Shown here: positions 52,207-64,000 of the stretch, piece by piece
How the letters are laid out: the number at the start of each line of letters is the position of its first letter
Position numbering within the stretch: the stretch's first letter is position 1
NCBI RefSeq assembly: GCF_018350175.1
Contig: NC_058383.1
Span: 27,096,001-27,160,000, forward strand
Source: Felis catus
Lineage: Eukaryota
Reading direction: 5' to 3'
DNA length: 64,000 nt
Position numbers and translations under genes: made by a program
Notes under the pieces: generated by a model
What the model saw: the letters and a program-made list of their open reading frames with translations, nothing else
The model's database searches: none
What the model was told of the DNA's origin: nothing

Positions 52207-54679
52207 CGCAAGTTTCCATCCCAATGGCTGGATCTTAACCCTGTCCCTTGGGCCCATCGCATGCAAACCTCTGCTATCATCAATAAAAAGGGAGCAGAAA
52301 CATTCCTCCCTTATTCCACTTGACCTCTGAAGACATGCTGTCCCTCCAGACTGCCCTTGACACTAACCCCTACCGGCAGGGGGATGTGAGGGGGGAGGGT
52401 GTGGAAGAACAATGGGCTCTCCGGTGCAGATCACCCATGTTGTGGACCACCTGGGGCTCACAGCCAAACTCCCGGACTGTCCTTGGATGCATCTGGAGCA
52501 TCCCAGAACGCACAGCACCCTGCTCTCGGCCACTGGCGGGCAAGCCACATAAATGAAGGCTTTGCTTTCCTAAGAAGCACACATGCAAAACGCACCGGGC
52601 AGGAAGATGCCCAGGGAGGGAAATGTCCCAACCCCAGGCACACAGACAGCCGCTGCCAAGGGGAAGCAGCATGCCCTGAGCTCTGGGGAGGGAAGAGTTA
52701 GGAACAGCATACGCTGCGAAATTCAGTGCACGGTCACACCGGGATCCCACGAGACTGGCATCAGACTGGCAGAGGACAGAGGCCACATGGGTTTCTGAAC
52801 TGGCGGCATCCAGTCTCCCTCACCTTGTGGACAGGGGTGCACTTCTCTCCAGCGGAAGTATTTCTGCCCCGTGACACAAACAGAAGGGCCGTGAAGGCAG
52901 GAGTTTTTGGTTGCTTTTGTTCAGTACTCCACCTGATCACCTAGGCCTGTGCTGCTTGATATGCTATTGGTTTACATTCAAATTAAAACCAAATCACATT
53001 TAAAATTTAGCTCCTCAGCCCCACAGAGCACATTTCAAGCCCTTCTTCCTTTTGTTTTTAAGTTTCATTTCAAGCTCTTCATAGCCTCACGTGTCTAATG
53101 GCTGCTGCACAGTCATAGAACATTCCGATCACCGAAGTCCTATCGCACAGTACTGCTTACAACACTTCCTGGTGTCCAGAAGGACCTTAGCATGTGTTGA
53201 ATAAATGAATGAATGAATGACCAAAGTGCTCTACTTCTGCTGTCAAAGAATGGACATAGGGGGCAAGATCGAACCACCTTTCCCTGGGACTTGGAATTTT
53301 TTTTTTTTTCCAGTAATGAAAGAATGGAAAAATGAACACAATGGTAAGCGCAGAGACAATGTGGCTGGAACGTATTTAAGACAAACAGCGGCATCCCTTG
53401 GGTGAGACAGTCACATCATTCTGCCCTTCTTCCTGCAAACTTCTTATTCTTGCAAGAACATCCTTCCTTATCTGGTAGCCAAGACAGCACTTTAAAGCGA
53501 TATGACCGCCCTTGGCTTTCTGAAGAGCCTCAGTGCTTTTCCACCAAGTCCCATGAGAACTCCCCGAACCTGGGCTTCGCTCCGCTTGTCCAGGGGATGC
53601 TCTGGGTCAGCCCTTGCCCTTCCCCCAGAGAGCCCGATGGGTTGTCCAACCGAAGATGCAGCTCAGGAAAGAAACCCAGACCAGCTGGCAAGAGGAAAGC
53701 CAACCACGTTTCTGCTAAGGCAGGAGTGCGCTCTGTCAGGCTGAGAAATAACAGGGCTGAGGAAATGATTATTTTGCTACTAGATGCAAACAAAACTGCT
53801 AACGGCATAATTACCGGCATGTCTTTCCAGCTTCCTCATGAACAACAGCCTGAGAAGGTACACCCTTTCCAACTTGCACATTATCTGGGCGGAGTTTTCC
53901 TCAGAAGGCGTCACACCAGGGTCAGAGGGTCTCAGGAGAGAGGATGTGCATCTGTGAGCATCTGGAGAGTGAAAGTGGCTAAATGCCGAGAAAGTGGCCA
54001 ACCAGAGATGGTCACACCTGCAGACCTGGGTGTTGGGCCCCCAAGTAGGACTTCCCACAAAGTACTAAGGCTACTACAGAATTTTCCATCATAGCATTTA
54101 CCTTACTATTTATTACTGTAATTAAGTGACCACGTCTTTCCGACATCAGTGGTTTTCAACTCTTGCTGTGTCTTCCAATCATGTGGGGAGCTTTAAAAAA
54201 TACACAGATTCTTGCTTCTGGCAAGGAATTTATATTCAACTGGTCTGGGTGGAGCTGTGATGTTTTTAAAGAATCTGATATTTTAAAGGCATCTGCAGGA
54301 AAATGTCCAAACATCACATGGAACCCTGACTTTCCCCTGTTGAGAACTATGTGACAGGAGACCGTACTCATTGTGAAGGGACCCTGCCTTGCTGCCTGCT
54401 GCACCCCCAGGACACGGTGCGTGGTAGGTAGATGCGTGGGACATGGCTGTTGAATTTTGAGAGACACAGGGAGGGTCACACCGGGATCCCTTAAAAAGGA
54501 AGGAAATTCGGAAGTGGAAAATACCAGTTCGATCCCAACATGGCGCTGAGAGGAGGGAATCTACGTAAGAATTGCCTTCATAGTGGGGTCCAGATGCTGC
54601 TGGAGACCCAGGACAGCATCAGCCCATCTCACAGGGCAGCTGCCTCATGTGCTTGGCCCAGCAAGGGGTCACGGGAGGC

Positions 54680-55044
54680 CAAAGGGCATCCTTCCTCCCC
54701 AAATTTCCATCCACTTGGCACCTCAGAAGGTGACCTTATTTGCAAAGAGGGTCTCTGTAGATATAATTAGTTAAGATGAGGTCATAGTGGATTAAGGTGG
54801 GCCCTGAATCTAACCACTTATGTCCCCATAAGGTCATATGAAGATGGCGGCAAAGAATGGCATGATGCATCTACAAGTCAAGGAGCCCCAAGGGAGGCCT
54901 CTCCCCTAGAGCCTGCAGAGGGAGCACAGCCCTGCGACACCTTGATTTCAGACTCCCCGCCTCCAGAGCTGTAAGGTTCTGCAGGCTGTTTTGAGCCACC
55001 CAGTCAATGGGAATTTCTTTTAGCAGCCCCAAGACACTAGGACA
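54680..55044 (+). mobile_element. MaLR LTR (MLT1B/C-like)
   Basis: cctcagaaggtgaccttatttgcaaagaggg...taattagttaagatgaggtcat...ccctagagcctgcagagggagcacagccctgcgacaccttgatttcagact...tagcagcccc. Confidence 0.8.
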
Positions 55045-55849
55045 GAGGCTAAGGGCAGGGAGAGAAGAGGTAAGTGGGCAGGAGAAGGAAGAGGGGCACA
55101 GGCCTGGTAGGTCTCCTTGTGTGTTTCTCCAGACTCTGCTTCTTTCCCTCCCCACTTCCGTTGCTCAGCTCCACCCTACTACTCTTCCCTCTCGTTCCTG
55201 AGCTCTGCTGGCTGTTCTCTGCCCCAGGGACTTTGCCTATGTCGTTCCCCTTTGCCTGACACCTCCACTCCTGTTTCTTCCATAGTGGGCCCCATTTCAG
55301 GACGTGGCTTAAACATACTCTTGACAGGCATTTTATCTACCTCGACCACTAAAGTAGGACCCCCTTTTATTCTCCATCACGGCACCCTGTTGTTATTTAA
55401 CTTCTACAATCTCCGTTTCTCCCAGAGATTGTAAGCTCTCGAGGTCTCGAAGCTCCAGCCCATTTTCAGGCTCTGGAGCACCTCCGTCCTCCTGGCAGAC
55501 TCTGATGGCCCAGGCATGTGGCGAGGAGGGCCTGACGGGCCGAGATGGAGGGGATTGAGGGTGGGAATGTACATAAGAGAGACGGCTGGGGTGGAATTCT
55601 GCAGACCTGGATGGAGTGACGAGGTGGTGGGTGCACAGGTTTCCAGACACTGGTGAGCGGGTGGCCCTACTCAGCACAGTGTGAAGTGAAGTGAACTGAT
55701 GGAGGCTGGGAAGAAGTTCTAGAAGAATCATTTGAAAGCCGTGGCCTGTGGGGGAGACAGTTCCCTGCAGTTCTAGGGAGAGCTATGTCAGCTATTCAAA
55801 ACTTCTAAGGGTGATAGGGCTCTCTGCTCCAGGAATCTATGCTCCTTAA

Positions 55850-56600
55850 AAAGAGTAAGAAACACCTCACATCTATTAGTATGGCTACTATTAAAGAACC
55901 CAGAAATAAGAGATTTTGGCGAGGATGTAGAGAGACTGGAGCCTTGTGCATGGCTGTGGAAAATGGTGTGCAATGGCTATAAAAAAATAAAAAATAGAAT
56001 TACCACACCATCTAGTAATTCTACTTCTGGGTATATCCCCCAGAACCCCTTGAAAGCAGGGAGGTGAAGAAATATTTTTACAGCCATGTTCACAGCAGCA
56101 TTATTGACGACAGAAAAGAGATGGAAACAACACAGGTGTCCATCAGTGGGGGATGAATGGGTAAGCAGAATGTGGTACAAATATAATGTGGTGTGTACCA
56201 CAAATATAATGTGGTACAAATATAATGTGGTGCCTTAAAAGGGAAGGAAATTCAGACACCTGCTACAACACGGATGAACCTTGAGGACATTATGCTACGT
56301 GAAACAAGCCAGTCACAGAAAGACAAACACTGTATGATCCCATTTACAGGATGGACCTAGAGGAGTCAAATTTGCAGAAACAGAAGACAGAGTGCTGGCT
56401 GCCAGGAGCCAGGGAGGGGACAATGTGGACCTGTCGTATCAGGAACACAGAGCTTCAGTTTTGCAAGATGAAAAGGGTTATGTGGACTGGCTGCCTAGCA
56501 GTGTGAAGGAATGTACTCAACACTACCAAACTGGACACGTAAACATGGCTAATATGGTAAATTTTATGCTACTGTACTTTGCCATAGTTAAAAACAAATG
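55850..56600 (+). mobile_element. L1 ORF2 end and 3' UTR fragment (L1MB-like), degenerate
   Basis: atagaattacca...ctagtaattctacttctgggtatatccc...ggatgaaccttgaggacattatgctacgtgaaacaagccagtcacagaaagacaaa. Confidence 0.85.
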
Positions 56601-57494
56601 AACCAAGAGGGGTCTTGAGTCACATTCTTCCATGGTCCTCCCACTAATCACCAGGCTGTCCCGGCTGCCTCACGCTCACTGCTGTCCTGACCGCTGGGCG
56701 TGCCGGCTTCTCTGCACCAGCCCCTGCTCTGTGAGTCCCCCCAGTGGGGCGGTTCCGTGCAGGGTGGGATCCCGGTCCCCAAAAGAAGGCGGCTGCCGGG
56801 CTCTGTGTGATGAGAAGACTAAATGGCTGTTTGCATTCAGGCAGCGCATGACGACTCCCAGGATGCCCACCTCCAGAGAGGAATGGTGAGCATCCGGGGG
56901 GTCTCTAGGCGTGCTTCTGGGGTCAGCAGAAGCAACCACCTCCTTCCCTGCTGGGCTCTCCACTCCCACCTGTGCTCCACCGACCCCCCCCCCCCCCCCA
57001 CCGCAACTGTCTGCCACAGCAGCCTAAGTGATCTCTTCATACTGTGAAGGTGATTTTTCCTCGTTAAGACCACACAGCTCATGGCTAAGAATTAAACCAC
57101 CTACCAGGTGATCCAAAATCCCTGCAGGGACTGGCCTTGAGCTACCTCACTGGTAGAAAGGCACTCCCTTGCTCTTTGTGTTTCAGCCACTTTAACCTTC
57201 TTTCAGCTCTTCAAACAGGCCAAGGTCCCTCCTACCGCAGGGCCTTTGCTCATGCCACCCCTTTCTCAGAACACTCTCCCGGCACCCCTCATGCTCTACT
57301 GGGGAACTAGCACCCATCATGCCCATCTCAGCTCACACGCTGCCTCTTCAAAGGCTGTCCCAGGCCCCCAGCTCAGGGGAGCTACACTAGCTGGGTGCTT
57401 TTACACCCCTTCCTTCCTTTCAGAACACCTGCCTTACCTTGTAATGGTATGTGCATCTGTGTCATCAATCTGACTGATGCCCATCTTCCCTCTA

Positions 57495-57735
57495 TTAATA
57501 ACAAGGGCTGTCACATGGACAGCACTACTGTGTGCTAAGCACTTCACACACAGGAACTCATTTAACCCTCTTAGCAACCATACGGGGTGGTGCTGTTATT
57601 ATCCCCACTTTACAGATGAGGCGATTAAGGCACTGAGACATTAAGTGATTTTCTCAAGTCCAAATTCACCCGGCTAGTGAACAGAAGGGCTAGGATTTGA
57701 ACCGAGGTGGTCTGGCTCGAGTCCACACCCTTGAC
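57495..57735 (-). mobile_element. Near full-length MIR interrupting an L2 3' end
   Basis: actcatttaaccctc...ttattatccccactttacagatgagg...ggatttgaacc; L2-like sequence continues on both sides. Confidence 0.75.
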
Positions 57736-58279
57736 TGACCTCTGATGAGGGCAGAGCCTAACATGCTTCTCCTTACTGCTGAACACCTGCTGCCCAGCCC
57801 AGTGTCTGCCACACAGTAGGAGCTCAGTACATATTTACTGAGGGACTGAGGAGGTCAGAAGGAGCCCCATCTCCTGAACTCATTGTGGGAGTAGGAGTCT
57901 GTTTTCAGCTGCCTTCAGAAGGGGTCTGGATGACGCAGGAAGGAAAGAGGCACGCTTAAGGCTCAGATGCTTCATTTTTCTACCTTCAAACCCAAATCTG
58001 TTTCAGCCAACCAGAGACACTGAAAACTCAGTCAAGGAGGGCCAGGCTGAGTGGAAAAGGTCACTGGGCCTGTGTGGACAGGGATATGCCAGATCGTCAT
58101 CGCCACCCGGCCCTGGCACCCCCATGACTCAGCCCTGAGTCCCTCAGTACCACGGCCGTGTAGAGTCTCGGGCAATGGAGCTACAACTTCTTAAGCCAGA
58201 CGAGGCCCTCCATTCATGGCACACGGCACAATCCAAGCCAAGAGACAGGGCTTGTGGGCAGCCCTAAGAAATCTGGGTC

Positions 58280-58687
58280 CATCAACTGAGGAACAGATGG
58301 ACTGTGATATATCCACACAGTCGAAGAGCAAAATCAGTCATAAAAAGGAACGAAGTACTGATACATGCTACGATGTGGATGAGCGAGAAAACACGCCAAA
58401 TGAAAGAAGCCAATCGCAAAACGTCACACATCGTATGATTCCACTCGTATGAAATATCCAGAAAAGGCAAATCCATAGAAGCAGATTAGTGGTTGATGGG
58501 AAATGGTTGGGGAAGGTGAATGGGGAGGGACTACTTAATAGACACAGGGTTTCCTCCTGGGATGATAAGAATGTTCTGGAAGCGGACAGCGGTGGTGAAT
58601 GCACTCCGTGCCATGGGATCAAACTCCTCAAAATGGTTAATCACACGTTAAGTGAATTCTGCCCCCATTAAAAGAAAAAAAAAAAAA
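58280..58687 (+). mobile_element. L1 3' end (L1MB-like) with poly(A) tail
   Basis: cataaaaaggaacgaagtactgatacatgctac...aatgaaagaagcca...tatgattccactcgtatgaaatatccagaaaaggcaaatccataga. Confidence 0.8.
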
Positions 58688-59571
58688 GGGGAAGTTCTGC
58701 CACTTTACCGGCCGCATCCTCCTAGTCTTATTTCTTAATTATCTTTGTGCCTCAGTTTTTTCATCTGAAAAATGGGGATACTGAAAGTGTGTACGTCATA
58801 GAGCTGCTGTCGGGACTATGTCAAACACTCAGAATTATGCCAGGGATGTGCATTTGCTGTGGTTGCGATTTGCTATTAACAACAGGAGTTCTTTGAGCAC
58901 TGAAAGATCACTGAGCAACCAACGGAATGAAAAGCAGGGAAGCAATTGTACACAGATGCCTGGGCATCCGTACTGGTTAACGTAACTTCAAATCATAGGC
59001 TGACCAGGATCTGTGCTGTGAAGATTACCCAGGGTCTGACTTCCTGCAGAATTTACTCGAAGTTCTGTTTTATTACTAACCTCCTTAAATTTTCTTACAC
59101 AGGAGAAGTTACCTTTTGAGGAATGAGGATTGAGACAAAGTGTATGTTAAAAGCCTCAGCAGAGGGCCTAACACACAGTGGGTGCACAGTAGGTATTTGT
59201 TGGATCTGGATGTGAGTTCGGCTCCATCGGTCCTATGTAAACATTGGTCTAGAACAGCAGAGAAGTCCCTGACACACCCAGTTCCTGTTGTCATGAGCTG
59301 GAGCTTCCTGCTGAGGCACCACAGATCTGCTCTTAATGCTCCTGGCCTGAGGCTCTGCTGTCTCATCACAGCAGTTTGGGTCTATGGTCAGGTGTAACTT
59401 CCGTGGCCACATGGTGGGCCCCACTGGGTTAGACCTTACTGCAGCGGATCCGCAAGAGGCAGAATTAGTAGATCCCAGATTTAGCTTGAAAAATTTCAGT
59501 ACTGTTTCCCCTGCCACATACATGCATGCACACATGCACATCTCCTGCACGCCAGACAGAAAGTGAGCCCT

Positions 59572-59787
59572 GGGGGCGCCTGGGTGGCTCAGTTGGTTAA
59601 GCTTCTGACTCTTGGTTTCGCCTCAAGTGATGATCTCACGGTTTGTGAGTTCAAGCCCTGCATCGTGTTCCATGCTGTGGACAGTGCGGAGCCTGCTTGG
59701 CATTTTCTCTCTCTCCCTCTCTTTCTCTACCCCTCCTACTCTCTCTCTCCAAATAAATAAACTTAAAAAAAAAAAAAAAGAAAGAAA
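59572..59787 (+). mobile_element. Can-SINE, full length
   Basis: gggggcgcctgggtggctcagttggttaag head, CT tract and aaataaataaacttaaaaaaaa tail. Confidence 0.93.
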
Positions 59788-61590
59788 GCCTCAGAGGGGC
59801 CATGGACACACTCAACCCTCCTTCTGTTTGCATCTGCTTTGTCTGGGACACAGGGCCTAGTGTAGGATAGACAGTGTGGGGTCTCTCACGACTAGCTCAA
59901 ACCAGCAACAGTGAGAAATATTTTTGGTTTTGTCTCTAAGGCCCATCTAACTAGAGGATACTAACTAGTGGAGCTTCCTGCCTTAGTAAGTTCAATATAC
60001 TCAATAAAACCATCGTGTCCTTTGAAGACTTGACGCCTAGCAGGACCTCGGCGTTTGAAATATCTATTTTCATCCATGCCCTGCAGCCATAACCAACACC
60101 AACCAGAGCCTACACGGGCCAGGACGTCACGTCCCATCACAGCACAGCAGGAGGGTCTGGATTCTTTAAACACACTTAGCTTGTATTCCAAATACAGGGC
60201 TACAGTTCATGGTCACAAACAAGTTGGTTCTGTCCTGTTTTCTTGAGACATTTGGACTTCATTGTCTAACTTTGCTTTTCCCGCTTTTAAAAGAGATGGG
60301 AGTTCAAGTAATATTTTACCAGTCTTTTCTTCAGTAAAGGGAACAAAGGAAGCAACTCGGTTGATGATGAAGTCCCGCCTGTGAAGACCTCATGATTCCA
60401 CTGCTGGAATAAGAATAGCCTGTATTTATCCAGAATTTTCTAGTGTCAGGCACTGTGCTAAGCCCTTGATGTACTATTTCCTTGACCCCTCCTAACATTC
60501 CTATAAAATAGGTGCTAACATTGTGTCCCTTTCTTAGGTGGACAAACTGAGAAGCAAAAAGCAGAGGCAACGTGCACGGTCCCCAAGGCCAGGGCAGTGG
60601 CTCAGAATCTCCAACCAGGCTGTCTGTGTCCAGGGCCCAAACAAGGCTAGGAGCCCGTAAAGATCAGTGAGTCTTTATGACTTGAGAGGCCAAGAGTCTG
60701 GCCCTTCAGTTAGAGTTGGGCAGGGGACACAGGGAGGTGAGGTCAAATCACAGAATGGCTCAGACTAGCCATGTGGGGTGGACTCTGCCCTCGGAAATCC
60801 CCGAAGTTTTGAGAACCTCCTAGAAGCTTCTGACTTGGGCACTCCTGCCCCTTTGAGAAGGCTGCTAAGTGTGCTCACCCTTCCTGGGACGGGAGAAGTA
60901 GTGGTTTTGGAGGCTACAGATGGAGCGGCAGATGGGAAGTGAAAGCCTATCAGAGTTGCCCAGGATAAAACCATTCATCTGCAAAATTCATATGTTTTTG
61001 CGTGGGGTGACTTCCCAGAAACAATAGCAGGAGAAACCAGCAGTGCTTGATGCAGAAAGTACCTCTGGCCATGAGGCTGGCAAAGTGAAGTGGGCAGAAG
61101 AAGGGGGTGGGGGTGGGGGGCGAAGGGTGCTGGAAATGACAACAGTGAGGGTAGAGGGGGAGAAAGACAGACTGACAGAGGCACGGAGAGACCTGGAGCA
61201 TTAAAGCTAAAGCAGCTAAAAATACCAAGACTCCCTTCTCTGGAACCCAGAATAGGTTTGGCACATGGTCTAGCAAAGTATTTCTGGGCCCCTCAGAAAT
61301 ATAGGAGGTTCAGCCTTGGATTCAGGTCAAGAATTAACAGCTGACATTTACTGAGCCCTTTGTAAGTGCCCGACACTTTGTTAGGTTCTATTACCTACCC
61401 TGATTTCACAAAGACCGAATTTACTTCCAGATGGTCACACAGCTAGTGAAGTTGGCGGAACACGGACTCAAACCCTAAGCCAAGTGATGGGACCCGGAGC
61501 ACCCACCCTCGGGGAAGTGTAAGTGCTAGAGATCCTGACACCCTGGCCCAGGTGACCTGGTTGTGTCTACGGTTGTGGCAAATCAACACT

Positions 61591-61608
61591 GGGCCCCTAG
61601 GGGGCAGC
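61591..61608 (+). promoter_or_regulatory. Candidate CTCF motif
   Basis: GGGCCCCTAGGGGGCAGC is one mismatch from the CCASYAGRKGGCAG core. Motif match only. Confidence 0.4.
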
Positions 61609-62282
61609 CTCGAGATCTGGTGGAAGTCTCCCGGGAAGGGCCCTGGGCGCAAGAATGCCCACAGGACCTAAAGAGGTCTCTGGCCGAGTGCCACTACTTC
61701 ATCTAGGCTGAGATGACCTCAGCCTGCATTGGAGGTCCAGAGGAGGAATGATCAGACTCGGGACAAGAGGTGACCTTTCCACCTCCAAGGACCTTCTCTC
61801 AAGGCATTTCCCTGCAACCACTACCTTGCCCAGCTTGAGGGATGGGATTGTTTCCTGCTTTGTGGTCCAGGTAGCCTGGGGCCATCTTGCCACTCTGGGC
61901 CCAGCTGACTTCCCCAAGGAAGCAGAAAGAACACCAACCTTGGAATGGGACAGAACTGGTTCTCATTTCCAATCTATTTCATGTATTTCTAATCTAATCA
62001 TGTATTTCTTACATGATGTTGGGTCTCAGTTTGCCCTTGTGTAAAACAGGTTTGCTTTGGGAGCTGAAGGAAGTATCTACCTGATTACACGTTATGCTCA
62101 ACATATGAACTCAGTCCTTTCTTGGAAGACAGAGGGAGAAGGTCCTAACTCACCCCTGCCCTGTGCTTCTCTATACTCACATCTCCTCATTCTTTTATTA
62201 TATTCCATCCATTTATAAATGGATTTCTCAAATGCATCAAGTTCATCTCGGACCCATGTCTTGACCAGACTGTTCTCTCAAT

Positions 62283-62504
62283 AAGCATTTTCAACTGGAA
62301 GCATTTTTGCCCCTTGGGGACATTGGGCAAAGTCTGGGGATATCGGTGGTTGTCCCAAATGAGTCGGTGGGAGGGGGGAGTGGGGAGGCAAGGCACTATT
62401 GGATCTAGTGGACTGAGGCCAGGGGCTGCTGCTAAATGTCATGCTGTGCACAGAACAGTCCCCAAAACAAAGAGTCATCCAACTCAATATGTCATTAGTG
62501 CCCA
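62283..62504 (+). mobile_element. MER20-like hAT MITE
   Basis: ttttgccccttggggacattgggcaaagtctgggga...gaggccaggggctgctgctaaa...tgcacagaacagtccccaaaacaaagag. Confidence 0.75.
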
Positions 62505-63096
62505 GTCTAGAATGATCTAGGGCCTACTCTAGAATGATCTCTGTCTCATTTGCCTGACAATCTTTTAATCCTTCAGTTTTCAAGTTAAAACTGCAAGTTG
62601 AGATGTTCTGACCTCTGACCATGTCCACCCCCTAGTCATCCCCTTGCTTTCTAGCTCTTTCACACCTTGCATGGCGCCTCTAATTCCACCTTCACAGGCA
62701 GGGGACCTGCTCCACCAGGTAGGGCCTGGGGCGCTTTTGCTCACTAAATGCCCAATTAGTGCTTAGCATAGGAGTTGCTTAACGAACGTCTGTGGAATGG
62801 GCATCTGAACAAATGAGTAAGTAAATAAGTAAGAATCTGCCCACCATGTTTCATAATCTGTTTGCCTTGCTATCCTATGAACAAAAGAAAATAGGTATGT
62901 TTCTAAGGATCATTTTTCTCAGGTGCAAGGGTGCCAGGTGAACCCTGCCTAAACTGGCCAAAGAGTGTGCCTTCCCCAGGTTCCCGCCAGGGCCCAGGGC
63001 TTCCCAGCCAACAATGAGATGCCACCAACCAAGGATGGAAGGAAGGCACCAGGAATCGCATCGTGAAGGAGATGGAGACCATTTCTAACTTTAAAT

Positions 63097-63327
63097 CTTT
63101 TTTTTTTTTTAATTTTTTTTCAACGTTTTTTATTTATTTTTGGGACAGAGAGAGACAGAGCATGAACGGGGGAGGGGCAGAGAGAGAGGGAGACACAGAA
63201 TCGGAAACAGGCTCCAGGCTCCGAGCCATCAGCCCAGAGCCTGACGCGGGGCTCAAACTCACGGATCGCGAGATCGTGACCTGGCTGAAGTCGGACGCTT
63301 AACCGACTACGCCACCCAGGCGCCCCT
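63097..63327 (-). mobile_element. Young felid SINE (SINEC_Fc), full length
   Basis: Most CpGs intact, with the gaatcggaaacaggctccaggctccgagccatcagcccagagcctgacgcgggg segment. TSD atttcta(a/g)ctttaaat at 63081-63096 and 63328-63343. Confidence 0.96.
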
Positions 63328-63419
63328 ATTTCTAGCTTTAAATAGAGGACATCCCTCCACGCCTGTATCTTATTTGGTTCCTGATTAAAAACCCAAACTC
63401 CTGGGGATGTGTGCTTTCC

Positions 63420-63700
63420 ATATTTGATGACATTAAGAATGATGGTTTAGGTGCGATCATCCTGTGGACGTTAGGTTAAAAGAACTTATCTTTCCGGGAG
63501 GTATACGGAAACACACACACAACTACATGGTGTCTCGGGAGTGCTTCAGTGGGGCCGTGGGAAGAGGGTGATAGCACAGACACGTCAGCACTGGCCACGA
63601 CCTGATTCCAGCTGAAACTAGGTGATGTGTACGTGAGGGTTCCCTATACTGTTCTCAGCACACGTATGTGTGTTTGAAAACTGCCCTGATAACTTTAAAA
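63420..63700 (+). mobile_element. Old L1 3' end (L1MC/L1ME-like)
   Basis: tatttgatgacattaag...tttaggtgcgat...gctgaaactaggtgatgtgtacgtgagggttccctatactgttctc...tgtttgaaaa. Confidence 0.6.
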
Positions 63701-63702
63701 AA

Positions 63703-63912
63703 ATTTTTTTCTAATGTTTATTTTTGAGAAAGAGAGACAGAGACAGAACATGAGGAGGGGAGGGACAGAGAAAGGGAGATACAGCATCCGAAGCAGGTTC
63801 CAGGCTCCGAGCTGCTAGGACAGAGTCTGACACAGGGCTCAAACTCATCAGCCGCGAGATTATGACCGAGCCGAAGTCGGACGCTTAACCGACTGAACCA
63901 CCCAGGTGCCCC
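63703..63912 (-). mobile_element. Can-SINE (felid SINEC_Fc-type)
   Basis: ctaatgtttatttttgagaaagagagacagag...gagccgaagtcggacgcttaaccgactgaaccacccaggtgcccc. Confidence 0.93.
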
Positions 63913-64000
63913 AAAATGTTTCTTTCTTTTTCTTTTTTTAAAAGATGCTTTCATGTCGCTCTTGTGTGGAAAGTACTGTCCTCACCCAATACCCTCGCGC

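Noticed and set aside
62506..62540. 13-bp direct repeat tctagaatgatct at the end of a MER20-like element; also a ~14-bp tandem near 17611-17639
   Set aside because: Too short to interpret beyond trivial local duplication.

Overview
Mammalian genomic DNA from a cat-family (Felidae/Feliformia) genome, judged from its felid-type Can-SINEs and a carnivore L1 3' end. The whole window lies inside the xylosyltransferase 1 gene (XYLT1), transcribed on the minus strand. Five internal coding exons are present: 30818-30898, 16092-16308, 12848-13024, 7942-8204 and 1272-1467 (81, 217, 177, 263 and 196 nt). All have AG/GT boundaries, and they join into one stop-free frame. They match human exons 6-10 (about residues 430-741) as I recall them, covering the catalytic part of the GT14 domain. 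The other ~98.5% is intron: 12 Can-SINEs, L1 3' ends, L2/MIR relics, MaLR LTRs, hAT-family DNA transposon relics, microsatellites and several repeat-free, enhancer-like stretches. I found no evidence of a new multi-gene system, CRISPR array, RNA gene or second protein-coding gene. The most testable ideas are: inverted SINEs bracketing exons 7-8 and 7-9 (a circRNA layout, with the 657-nt exon 7-9 circle stop-free in frame); a motif-rich cluster just upstream of exon 6; and several small DNA-repair or retrotransposition scars. Repeat subfamily names and human residue numbers come from memory and need confirming with RepeatMasker/Dfam and alignment.
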